DNA of 64,000 bases from positions 1,330-65,329 of IMG/VR virus record IMGVR_UViG_3300044836_000034. The stretch is one strand, 5' to 3'. The DNA is from a virus (lineage: Duplodnaviria; Caudoviricetes). Shown one piece after another: positions 26,273 through 34,314 of this stretch. Position 1 is the first letter of the stretch; every line of letters starts with the position of its first letter. The position numbers and the translations under genes are program-made. Under the pieces are notes generated by a model. That model saw nothing but the letters and a program-made list of their open reading frames with translations, had not been told where the DNA came from and did no database searches.

Positions 26273-26301
26273 TTGACTTGACTTCGGCAGTGCCGTAGTA
26301 T
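26273..26301 (+). promoter_or_regulatory. P_R-like promoter for cro and the lytic replication operon
   Basis: TTGACT-N17-TAGTAT; overlaps GTGCCGTAGTA, which also occurs at 20595. Confidence 0.7.
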
Positions 26302-26339
26302 CGTGGGCGCAATAAGCGTTGCGCTTTGCAGGATAAGCC

Positions 26340-26564
26340 ATGACCGACCCCGAAATCAAACAGTTCAAAAAAGATTTGCTGCTGACGACGCTTCGGCTGA
26401 GCGTCACGGCCTTATCCGAGGCGACTGGCGAGCCGCGCGACGCTGTCTCCTGCGTCGTGAACGATATCCGTCCTCGCAATAAGACGCGCGTGAAGGTAGC
26501 CGACGAGATAGCGAAGCAGGTCTACGAACTCTTCGACGTTGACCCGCCCGCACGCAAGGTATAA
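26340..26564 (+). CDS. cro: Cro-like small HTH protein
   Basis: LSVTALSEATGEPRDAVSCVVN; position opposite cI. Confidence 0.65.
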   Translation: MTDPEIKQFKKDLLLTTLRLSVTALSEATGEPRDAVSCVVNDIRPRNKTRVKVADEIAKQVYELFDVDPPARKV

Positions 26565-26573
26565 CGCGCGACG

Positions 26574-26602
26574 AATATATAGTCATGGCGATTGATAGTC
26601 AA
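26574..26602 (-). promoter_or_regulatory. P_RE-like leftward promoter downstream of cro
   Basis: Minus-strand TTGACT-N17-TATATT pointing through cro toward cI. Confidence 0.6.
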
Positions 26603-26638
26603 GACAATTCGGGCTTGAGGCGGCCTCAGAAATGGAGC

Positions 26639-26686
26639 GGCCCGCGCGGGCACCACCCCGCGCGGGCCAAAGTCCCGAGAAAGGAC
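26639..26686 (+). promoter_or_regulatory. Leader element copy D: CACCAC-loop hairpin plus CCCGAGAAAGGA
   Basis: 12-bp stem 26639-26668 with loop 26651-26656; precedes the 9-codon ORF 26693..26722 (MTALKYESR). Confidence 0.7.
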
Positions 26687-26795
26687 TTCGCCATGACGGC
26701 CCTCAAATATGAGAGCCGATAAGGCTACGCAAAAGTTAGCACGGCGGGCGCGCCGCCCGCAACCGACCTCTCCCGCGCTCTATTACGCGGCCCGA

Positions 26796-26850
26796 CCGGG
26801 CACCACACCGGACGATAAAGCCGCAGCAGTAACTCCGACCCGAGGAAGGG
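26796..26850 (+). promoter_or_regulatory. Leader element copy E (degenerate)
   Basis: CCGG-G-CACCAC-A-CCGG then ACCCGAGGAAGGGA before GTG 26864. Confidence 0.45.
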
Positions 26851-26863
26851 AAGTACTTCAATC

Positions 26864-27373
26864 GTGAACCCAGTTCTACACGAGCCGCCCGCGTTGCGCG
26901 AGGCGTCCGGCCTTCGCATGGCAAGGATGGACCTCGTCCGCGTCGAAGGCGATCACTTCATCGTCGCGCCGCCCTCTAAGCCCGGCGCGCGCGTCGAGTA
27001 CGTGGTCTTTCCTGACGCGGAGGCGCGCCTACGCTGCATGTGCGCCGAGTTCGAGGAGGCCGTCGTCGAGGATTCGACCTACTGCTGTGCTCACGTCTAC
27101 GCCGTGATGCACTCGAAGGTCGGCGGCGTCGGAGGTCGCCACTTCGACCCGACAGCTAAGAGCGTTGCCGACATGGTCATGGTCGGCCAGCTCTCAATCA
27201 TACGCAGGCTCGCGCGCGCGGCCGGAGTCGATCCGGATGCAGAGTGCAGACGCGAGCCACGATTCCGATGCGCGACCGAGGACCTGTCGAAGCTCGGCGC
27301 GATGCTTTTCATCAACCACTTGAAATCAATTCTCCCCGAAGGCGTCGACATGGGGGGCGACGCCTCCGAGTAA
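26864..27373 (+). CDS. SWIM zinc-finger protein
   Basis: CMC-x12-CCAH (CxC...CxH). Confidence 0.65.
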   Translation: MNPVLHEPPALREASGLRMARMDLVRVEGDHFIVAPPSKPGARVEYVVFPDAEARLRCMCAEFEEAVVEDSTYCCAHVYAVMHSKVGGVGGRHFDPTAKSVADMVMVGQLSIIRRLARAAGVDPDAECRREPRFRCATEDLSKLGAMLFINHLKSILPEGVDMGGDASE

Positions 27374-27454
27374 GCGCCGCGCGTGCGGCGCGGGGGCGGG
27401 CGGCCCGACGACGCCCGCCCCTTTGTGTAGAGCGTAGACCTTTTTCAAATCTGC

Positions 27455-28435
27455 ATGAGTTCAAAACCAAGAATCCTTGCTCCCAATTACACGCCCACGC
27501 CTAACGTCTGGCTGGACGAGATCATGCCTCTCATCGACACGGTCGCCGAGCTTAAGGTGACGCTCGCGATCCTGCGTGCCACGTTCGGGTGGGCGGAGGG
27601 TACCGGCCGGAAGTTGGAGGACAAACTGAGCTGGTCGCAGCTCGCGAAGAAAACGAAGCTCTCTCGCCAGAGTGTCATTAACGGCCTCAAGGCAGGAATG
27701 GAGCGCGGCTCCATCGGGAGAAAGAAGGACGGGAAGGGTTACAAATATCACTTAATCATCGACCCCGCACTGGTCAAAGCATTAGACCGTTCAAGGGTAC
27801 AAACTTTAGACCCTTCCGACGAACCTGAAGGTACAAACTTTAGACCCTCAAAGGTCTCAGGTTTAGACGGTTCGTCGGTACAAAGTTTAGACGGACAAAA
27901 GAAAGATAGTAAAGAAACTAAAAAAAGTGGATTACGAAAGTCGAATGAGGCGGCGGCGTCGGGGCATGGGCGCGAGGCGTCGCCGCCGTCGCCTGAGGAT
28001 AGGATTTTCGTACCGAACCCTTTCCCGGTAGACGCGCAGATGCGCGAGTGGGCGACGAAGGAATGCCCGCTCGTCAACCTCGACGACGCGACCGACAAGT
28101 TCGTCATCGAGTACGACCCGGAAGGCGAGGCTGGCGGCGAAGCGCCTCGCTACGGGATGAAGCTCTGGCTCCAGAAGTGGCGCACCTGGATGCGGCGCGA
28201 GCAGAAGTTCGAGACACGCGACCGCGCGCGCGAAGGCTACCCACAGTCTCCCAGCGGCAAGCCTGCCTCACACGTTCCTGACTCGAAAAAGAGAGACTTC
28301 AGCTCGTGCCCCGACTGTTCGGGGACGGGCGTGTATTACCCCGAAGGCTTCGACAAGGGCGTGCAGAAGTGTAAGCACGCGAACATGCCTCGGCCGACCG
28401 TCGAGCACGTCGGCGAGACACAGGCCCAAGTCTGA
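27455..28435 (+). CDS. Lambda O-like phage replication initiator
   Basis: YTPTPNVWLDEIMP...LKVTLAILRATFGW...LSWSQLAKKTKLSRQSV; internal iterons. Confidence 0.85.
   Translation: MSSKPRILAPNYTPTPNVWLDEIMPLIDTVAELKVTLAILRATFGWAEGTGRKLEDKLSWSQLAKKTKLSRQSVINGLKAGMERGSIGRKKDGKGYKYHLIIDPALVKALDRSRVQTLDPSDEPEGTNFRPSKVSGLDGSSVQSLDGQKKDSKETKKSGLRKSNEAAASGHGREASPPSPEDRIFVPNPFPVDAQMREWATKECPLVNLDDATDKFVIEYDPEGEAGGEAPRYGMKLWLQKWRTWMRREQKFETRDRAREGYPQSPSGKPASHVPDSKKRDFSSCPDCSGTGVYYPEGFDKGVQKCKHANMPRPTVEHVGETQAQV
27772..27935. repeat. Lytic origin: iterons plus A-rich tract inside the initiator gene
   Basis: GGTACAAACTTTAGACCC at 27796 and 27830; variants at 27772, 27859, 27877; A-rich 27896-27935. Confidence 0.85.
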
Positions 28436-28454
28436 TAGAGCGGAGGTCATTTAC

Positions 28455-28991
28455 ATGGCAGCATCATTCGAAGTCGCGCCTGAAATTCAGATGTTCGGGA
28501 AGCGACTCATCAAGGACTATCACACGCACTTGAAGGATCGGCGCGTCGAGTACCTCTTCGATGTCTCGAAGCCGAAGAAGCTGAAGCCGGGCGAGGAGGA
28601 GCCGGCGGGCGATGTGAAGATCATCTCCGGCCTCGCAGCGTGGCTCGCGGGTACGACGGAGGATCCTTACCCCGACCCGTTCTTCGTCATCGTCATCAAG
28701 CGGCATGTGTGGCTCAAGGTCGAGCAGGAGCGCGAGCGCGAGGCGCTGGTGGACTGGTTCCTATGCCGCACGACGATTGATAAGAAGTCGGGCGCGCCGA
28801 AGAAGCGCAACCCGGACGCGCAGGTCTTCACAGAGAACGTCAAGCGCTACGGCCCTTGGCACGAGTCGTTGAGGGCGACGCTCAAGGCGGCGGGGCAGGA
28901 CGCGTCGCTGCCGTTCGACCAGCCGCCGCCCGAGCGCGGCGCGAAGAAGGGGCCGAGGCGCATCCCCAAAGCGGAGCGCGCGGCCCGTTGA
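28455..28991 (+). CDS. Phage metallopeptidase-like protein with degenerate active site
   Basis: FFVIVIKRHVW...REALVDWFLC where HExxH is expected. Confidence 0.5.
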   Translation: MAASFEVAPEIQMFGKRLIKDYHTHLKDRRVEYLFDVSKPKKLKPGEEEPAGDVKIISGLAAWLAGTTEDPYPDPFFVIVIKRHVWLKVEQEREREALVDWFLCRTTIDKKSGAPKKRNPDAQVFTENVKRYGPWHESLRATLKAAGQDASLPFDQPPPERGAKKGPRRIPKAERAAR

Positions 28992-29289
28992 AGACCGGGG
29001 CGGTAGGGAGGGCCTGCTTACACAAACCGGGCCGGCTATCGCAAGAGTCGTGAACTCACAGAGTCGCAGGGAACGCGACGGCGTCCGGCTCGCGGTGACG
29101 CCGTCGAGCGAGAGCGCGCATTCGGGGTATCAGCGCGCCCGATGATGTGAGCAATCCTGGCAGGCGGGCAATGTTTCGGAAGCGGCCGATGCCGCAACCC
29201 GGTTGATACATTGAGCCCCCCGCAAAGCCTCCGGCAGCCCCGGCACTTTTATTCGAGTCCGATAACGACTGAGGTTTGAAGGTCTGACA

Positions 29290-29718
29290 ATGAAAGTTAA
29301 AGACTTGGAAATCCCTGCGGGCTATGTACGCGTTACCGACGGCGCGACCGAGGCGCTCGACCTCGTCTGGAATAAAGACAAGAACGAATTCGAGCCGGTC
29401 GATACAGTCAACGAGTACGTGAGCGAATACCTCTGCGTCATTCGCCCCGACCCGAAGCGGCCGAGGATCCTGCGCGGCCGTCGCCCGGTGCTGCTCGCCA
29501 CAGAGACCGAGCTGCTGCTGGCCGCGGCTCTCAAGTCCGTGCTCTTCCAGTTGGCCGGAGGGCGCGCGCCGGAGGTCAGGAGTGGCGGGGACACTATCGT
29601 CGAACTCTATCTCGACCGCTTCGCCTTCCGCGACGCAATCGAGCATCAGGTCGGCACGGTGCAGGTCGGCGAGGACGGCAACAACGGCAGAGACTTCGTG
29701 AGGTTGGTACGGAAATGA
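29290..29718 (+). CDS. Hypothetical protein
   Basis: 142-aa ORF. Confidence 0.6.
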   Translation: MKVKDLEIPAGYVRVTDGATEALDLVWNKDKNEFEPVDTVNEYVSEYLCVIRPDPKRPRILRGRRPVLLATETELLLAAALKSVLFQLAGGRAPEVRSGGDTIVELYLDRFAFRDAIEHQVGTVQVGEDGNNGRDFVRLVRK

Positions 29719-29927
29719 GTAGAGGCAAAAAGAAAGAGCCTGCCCCCATCACCATCACGCCGACGGCGACGCCGTCGAGCTGTCTCGCGGAGGATTACGA
29801 GAGCTGCCGCCGCGAGGGCATTCACGTGCGCGTAGTCGAGAACGGGCGCAGGGCTGGGCTCTGCTGGTGTGGCGGGGTTCACGTTGCGGTTGCTGGCGTG
29901 AGACTCATCAACGTGACGACGAGGTAA
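29715..29927 (+). CDS. Hypothetical protein
   Basis: ATGA-coupled 70-aa ORF. Confidence 0.5.
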   Translation: MSRGKKKEPAPITITPTATPSSCLAEDYESCRREGIHVRVVENGRRAGLCWCGGVHVAVAGVRLINVTTR

Positions 29928-29933
29928 GTCCCT

Positions 29934-30269
29934 TTGTTATCTGACGCGACCAAAAAGAAGACGGCGACGCCGCCGCGCCATAGGCACGTCGAGGCCGAAG
30001 AGGAGACCAGCTTCGCCTCCTTCATCTTTATGAACAGCATCGACGCTGCGGAGGCCTCGCGCTTCCTCGACTGCGTCAAGGGATGTGGAGGGGGCGAGCA
30101 CACCGACTGCCTGACGCTCGCCAAGCTCTATGACATTTGGCGGGCGCTCGGCCGAGATGGCCGCGACGGTGACTACGATGACGACGAGCAGAGGGCGTTG
30201 CGTGATGTAACGCGGATATGGTGCCGCGGAGTCGTACGCGGCGAACTGTCTACGGAGGTTCGGAGATGA
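29934..30269 (+). CDS. Hypothetical protein
   Basis: 111-aa ORF in the operon. Confidence 0.45.
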   Translation: MLSDATKKKTATPPRHRHVEAEEETSFASFIFMNSIDAAEASRFLDCVKGCGGGEHTDCLTLAKLYDIWRALGRDGRDGDYDDDEQRALRDVTRIWCRGVVRGELSTEVRR

Positions 30270-30469
30270 GCAGTACCGACGAAATTAAACACACCTTCGG
30301 CTACGTGCAACTGTCGTTGAGGAGCGGCGACCTTTACTACGTGTACATAAACACCGTGGCCTTAGTGAAGGTCGCGCGCCGCGTACACGCGCCGTCCGAG
30401 GGAGAGGGGCACAAGTGGAAAGAGCACTTCGAGCAGGCCCAAGGTCTGCGAGGCGGAGAGCAGCGATGA
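30266..30469 (+). CDS. Hypothetical protein
   Basis: GGAGG RBS, ATGA coupling at both ends. Confidence 0.55.
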   Translation: MSSTDEIKHTFGYVQLSLRSGDLYYVYINTVALVKVARRVHAPSEGEGHKWKEHFEQAQGLRGGEQR

Positions 30470-30939
30470 CACCACAAGAACTTGATCCGCAGCTCGTCGA
30501 AGACTGCGCCGCGCGCGGACTCACACAGAAAGAGGCGGCGACCGAACTCGGCGTCAAAGTCGGGTCGTTCGTCAACCATCTCGCGAGCGGTCGCCCCCTG
30601 CACGGCGCTTGGCGTCGCGGCCGCGAGCGATTCAACGCGCTGCGTCGCGCAGACGAACTCACGGCGGGACTCGCCGGCGACGACCCGCGCGCGCTTGTGC
30701 TCAAGGCCGTCTACGAGGGCATCAAGAGCAGGCGCGAAATCGTGGACGCTACTGGCCTCGACTATCACGTAATCAACAACCATCTCTACAACCTCGAAGC
30801 GGGCGGCCTTATCGAGAAGGTCGAGACTCTTCGCATCGTCTACTTCCGCCGCGTGGGGAGTAATGAGCGACCGCCGACAGAACTCGGAGCTGCCGGGCAC
30901 GGCCAGCGCACGCAGTCTGATGAGAGCATAGCCGCCTGA
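30466..30939 (+). CDS. Two-HTH DNA-binding protein
   Basis: GLTQKEAATELGV and IVDATGLDYHVINNHLYNLEAGGLI (wHTH). Confidence 0.65.
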   Translation: MTPQELDPQLVEDCAARGLTQKEAATELGVKVGSFVNHLASGRPLHGAWRRGRERFNALRRADELTAGLAGDDPRALVLKAVYEGIKSRREIVDATGLDYHVINNHLYNLEAGGLIEKVETLRIVYFRRVGSNERPPTELGAAGHGQRTQSDESIAA

Positions 30940-30962
30940 CGAAGAGAGGCGGGCCGTAAACG

Positions 30963-31406
30963 ATGCCGAGCAAACGCTGGGGCAACAAGGATGTGAAGGC
31001 TTATCAGGAGCGCCGCCGCGGCGGAGGTGGTCAACCTGCCGCCGTCGTCGGTGCCGGCGCGACGCGTGTGCGACAGCGCAAGCAGCCGAACCGCACCGAG
31101 CGAGAGTACGAACAGACATACCTCATCCCCGAGCATCTCGCAGGTGATGTCGTCGAGTACTTCTTCGAGTCCATCTGCCTCGTGCTCGGCGTGGACACGC
31201 GCTACTACCCCGACTGGCTCGTGCGCACGAGGTCGGGCAGGTTGCAGATCCGCGAGGTCAAGGGCGGATACAAACGAGAGGATGCTTTCAAGACCTTCAA
31301 GACGGCCGCAGAGATGTTCGGCGGCTGCTTCGACTTCTTCCTCTGCGAGAAGTTGGACACAGGAGAATGGCGGATAACGGAGTACAGGAAGGGAGGCGAG
31401 CGTTGA
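30963..31406 (+). CDS. PD-(D/E)xK nuclease, DUF1064-like (putative resolvase)
   Basis: YYPDW...IREVKG. Confidence 0.75.
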   Translation: MPSKRWGNKDVKAYQERRRGGGGQPAAVVGAGATRVRQRKQPNRTEREYEQTYLIPEHLAGDVVEYFFESICLVLGVDTRYYPDWLVRTRSGRLQIREVKGGYKREDAFKTFKTAAEMFGGCFDFFLCEKLDTGEWRITEYRKGGER

Positions 31407-31594
31407 TCTGCCCGAACTGCCAAACTGATAACAACAGCGTCGTTGTCTCGTCGGTGGCCTACCCTGAGAGGATTTGGCGCAGGCGCAAGTGCCTCTCATG
31501 CGAAGGACGATTTACGACCTACGAAACGGTCGGCAAGCCGCCTAAACCTATCGCTCCCCATCTTCGGAAGTCAGTACGCGCCCCACAACGTTAG
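31403..31594 (+). CDS. Zn-ribbon regulator (NrdR N-terminus / Ogr-Delta-like), candidate late activator
   Basis: CPNC...RRRKCLSCEGRFTTYE; no ATP cone; directly upstream of the late motif. Confidence 0.65.
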   Translation: MICPNCQTDNNSVVVSSVAYPERIWRRRKCLSCEGRFTTYETVGKPPKPIAPHLRKSVRAPQR

Positions 31595-31598
31595 CATG

Positions 31599-31625
31599 TC
31601 TACGACAGTGGCACATCTAGCACAC
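31599..31625 (+). promoter_or_regulatory. Late promoter/activator motif, copy 1
   Basis: TCTACGACAGTGGCACATCTAGCACAC, 24/27 identical to 45503-45529. Confidence 0.65.
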
Positions 31626-31694
31626 TCGCATGCCCGACCGCGCGTGTCAGAATTGCCGCCGTCTCTCGCGACAGCTAACTCCGAGGTAATCGAG

Positions 31695-31982
31695 ATGGAC
31701 GAAACCACTAAGCTCATTCTTAAGAACGCCGGCGCCTCACTCGTGAGGGCGCTGCTGTATTCGCTCGCGACGTGGCTCGTGTCGAAGAACCTCGTGAGCC
31801 AAGAGGCGGGCTCCGCGCTCCAGGCGCACGCGGGCGAGATAGCCGCGGGCGTCATCACCTTCGTCTGCGCCTACGCTTGGTCGGTCTGGCAGAAGAAGCA
31901 CGCCAACGAGAAGGTCAACGCCGCACTCCTTTCTAAGCCGACCGTAACCCGCGAGCAGTTCGAGCGCTCGCTCCACAATTAA
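31695..31982 (+). CDS. Putative holin
   Basis: 95 aa, two hydrophobic segments, WSVWQKK motif, first gene of the late cassette. Confidence 0.6.
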   Translation: MDETTKLILKNAGASLVRALLYSLATWLVSKNLVSQEAGSALQAHAGEIAAGVITFVCAYAWSVWQKKHANEKVNAALLSKPTVTREQFERSLHN

Positions 31983-32013
31983 CCGCCAGCACAACTCGAA
32001 AGGAGTTACATAC

Positions 32014-32706
32014 ATGAAGACGCACATCAAACGACTACTGCTTATACCGCTCGCGCTGATCGTGATTGTCGGCGCGGGCTTCCGCGAGTGCGGCGGCAGA
32101 GACCCGAACGCCCCGCCGCTCACGCCAGAACAGAAGGTCGAAGCCGAGCGCCAGCAGCGCGAGGCCGTCATAACGAGCGTCTGCGTCGGCATCGACACCG
32201 GCGCGCAGGGTCTCGGCCTCGGCATCAGGCGTGTCAAGGAGAACCGCCTCGCGGGCCAATCCAAGCGCACTCCCGCCGAACACCTCGCGCTCGCGCAGAA
32301 GGCTAAGAAGTTCAACGGCATCATGCGAAAGGTAACTGAATACCTGCTCTCGCGCTCGGAGTTGAACGACCAAGACCGGCGCACGCTCGCCGAGGACGTG
32401 GACGATATGCTGAAGCTCGCGCGCGAGATAGGCTCCGTCACCATCTCTGCGGACGCGGGGAAGCAGTTCGCCTTCGACCTCGGCGTGATGGCGGCGAAGG
32501 CCACGCTGCAAAGCTCGGCGGGTGAATTCCTGCGCAAGGTCAAGACCGGCGACGTGCTCATCATCTCGGCCGCGGCGAAGTCGGCGCTGCAAGACGCCCT
32601 TCACTATCTCGACGCCAACGACGAAGAACTCGACGCGTCGCTGAAGGAACTCGGAGGCGTGGGCGCTGCCCCGCGCGAAGCTGTTCGCCGACGCCCCGCG
32701 GGCTGA
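32014..32706 (+). CDS. Exported or membrane-anchored helical protein (possible lipoprotein or spanin)
   Basis: N-terminal hydrophobic segment followed by Cys; all-helical body. Confidence 0.5.
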   Translation: MKTHIKRLLLIPLALIVIVGAGFRECGGRDPNAPPLTPEQKVEAERQQREAVITSVCVGIDTGAQGLGLGIRRVKENRLAGQSKRTPAEHLALAQKAKKFNGIMRKVTEYLLSRSELNDQDRRTLAEDVDDMLKLAREIGSVTISADAGKQFAFDLGVMAAKATLQSSAGEFLRKVKTGDVLIISAAAKSALQDALHYLDANDEELDASLKELGGVGAAPREAVRRRPAG

Positions 32707-32816
32707 CTAGCCGCGCGCGCGTGTTCCCAATTTGGACGGCGGCGCAAGCCACTCGCCGCCGTCAGTTCAATGGCGGCCTCACGCCGTAACCGGTCGGCTG
32801 CGGCGCGAAAACTCAG

Positions 32817-33206
32817 ATGGAATCATGGCTCGCCACACACGCACTAGAGGTGCTCTTCGGCTTGATCGTCGCCACGTCCGGCGGCGTCGCCGGATGGAAC
32901 AAACGCCGCGACCGCCAACTTAAGGAATGCCGCGCGAGGTGCAAGCAGCTCACGGCCGACCTCAACAAGGCACGACGCGATTACGGCCAGAGCCTTGAGT
33001 TCAACCTAAAAGATAGGTGGATGATCCGCCAGCTTGGAAAGATGGTCAGGGAGTACAGGCGCAAGCTCGGCATCGAGGAAGGCGACCTCCTTTTGGAGCT
33101 TTACGATCAGGCCGAGGCAGAAGCCCGCACACGCCAGTTGGCAGCCGGCGTAGGCATACACATAACTACCTCGCACACGACCGAGGAGTCATTAACCGAT
33201 GAGTAG
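32817..33206 (+). CDS. Single-TM coiled-coil protein
   Basis: LEVLFGLIVATSGGVAGW then heptads. Confidence 0.55.
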   Translation: MESWLATHALEVLFGLIVATSGGVAGWNKRRDRQLKECRARCKQLTADLNKARRDYGQSLEFNLKDRWMIRQLGKMVREYRRKLGIEEGDLLLELYDQAEAEARTRQLAAGVGIHITTSHTTEESLTDE

Positions 33207-33684
33207 CGCAACGACGGAGATGCCGAAGCCCCTCGTGCTTTTCGTTGACGATCAACCCGACCTCCGGGAACTCCTTGAGGTATACGCCAGCAAGTTCGGG
33301 CTCCCCTTCAAGATCGTATTTGCCGAATGCGTCGAAGGGGCGCTGCGCGTGGTGCGCGAGCAGAGGCCCGAGGCCGTCATCCTTGACGTAAATCTCTCGG
33401 GCGAGACTGGCTTGGACGTGGCCGACCACCTGCACGAGTTCTACCCCGACGTGGTGAAGGCCGCGCTTACCGCTTACGACATGACGACGACGCACGCCAA
33501 CTGCGAAGAGTACGAGATGCCGGTCTGGCCCAAGCCGGTGAGGACTGTGCCGGAGCTGGTAGCTAAGGTCGTCACACTGCTCGCAACGCGCCAGCCCGCA
33601 GGCAACGGCGGCGTGAACGTCATGCGCGTGCTCGCTTCGATGCTCGGAATGTTCGGCGGCTTTCACATGCCGCGGCTGCACTGA
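33199..33684 (+). CDS. Single-domain response regulator receiver (CheY-like)
   Basis: VLFVDD, VILDVNL (phospho-Asp), ALTAY, PKP. Confidence 0.85.
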   Translation: MSSATTEMPKPLVLFVDDQPDLRELLEVYASKFGLPFKIVFAECVEGALRVVREQRPEAVILDVNLSGETGLDVADHLHEFYPDVVKAALTAYDMTTTHANCEEYEMPVWPKPVRTVPELVAKVVTLLATRQPAGNGGVNVMRVLASMLGMFGGFHMPRLH

Positions 33685-33690
33685 GGTCTA

Positions 33691-34314
33691 ATGCCGAAGG
33701 ACAGAGGTTCAAAGTCTAAGAAGGCGTCGGCCGCTCTCAAGAGCGGCTACGTCGTATTGCCCCTCTCGGCTGTCCGCGAGGATCCCGCGAACGAGTTCGT
33801 TCACCCTCCAATTCAGATCGAGCGCCTGATGCGCGCGCTGACTATCTTCGGCCAGCAGCGCGCCGTCATCATCGACCAGGACGAGGTCGTCATCGCCGGC
33901 GAGGGCGTTCTCACGGCCATGCGTCGCCTCGGATGGGAGACGGCGCGCTTCAAGTACTCCTCGCTCACTGGAGCGGCGCGCGCGGCCTACAGGCAGCTCG
34001 ACAACATGAGTCAGCGGCTCGCGAGTCTCGACGAGACAATACTCGCCGCGAACCTGGCCGGGCTCTCTGAGGCGCAGGGCCCTGCGTTTGACTTCTCAGC
34101 TCTCGGCTTCGACGACGAGTCGTTCGCGCGCGCTCTCGACCCCGGCGCGTGGCGAGGGCGAGTCATCGACCTTTCCACGGTCGGCGATTACGACCCGAAC
34201 TCGGAGACGTTCGTTATCAAGGTCGCGGGCGTCGCGCCGGAGCAGGCCGAGGGCCTGCTGCTGGAGCTCGCCGAGGCGCTGGAGGGGACGGGCTATGCCG
34301 CCGCGCGCGCCTGA
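33691..34314 (+). CDS. ParB/Srx N-terminal domain protein, paralog 1
   Basis: DPANE...FGQQRAVIID...IAGEG. Confidence 0.75.
   Translation: MPKDRGSKSKKASAALKSGYVVLPLSAVREDPANEFVHPPIQIERLMRALTIFGQQRAVIIDQDEVVIAGEGVLTAMRRLGWETARFKYSSLTGAARAAYRQLDNMSQRLASLDETILAANLAGLSEAQGPAFDFSALGFDDESFARALDPGAWRGRVIDLSTVGDYDPNSETFVIKVAGVAPEQAEGLLLELAEALEGTGYAAARA

Noticed and set aside
31403-31594. True nrdR gene
   Set aside because: Only the Zn ribbon is present; there is no ATP cone.
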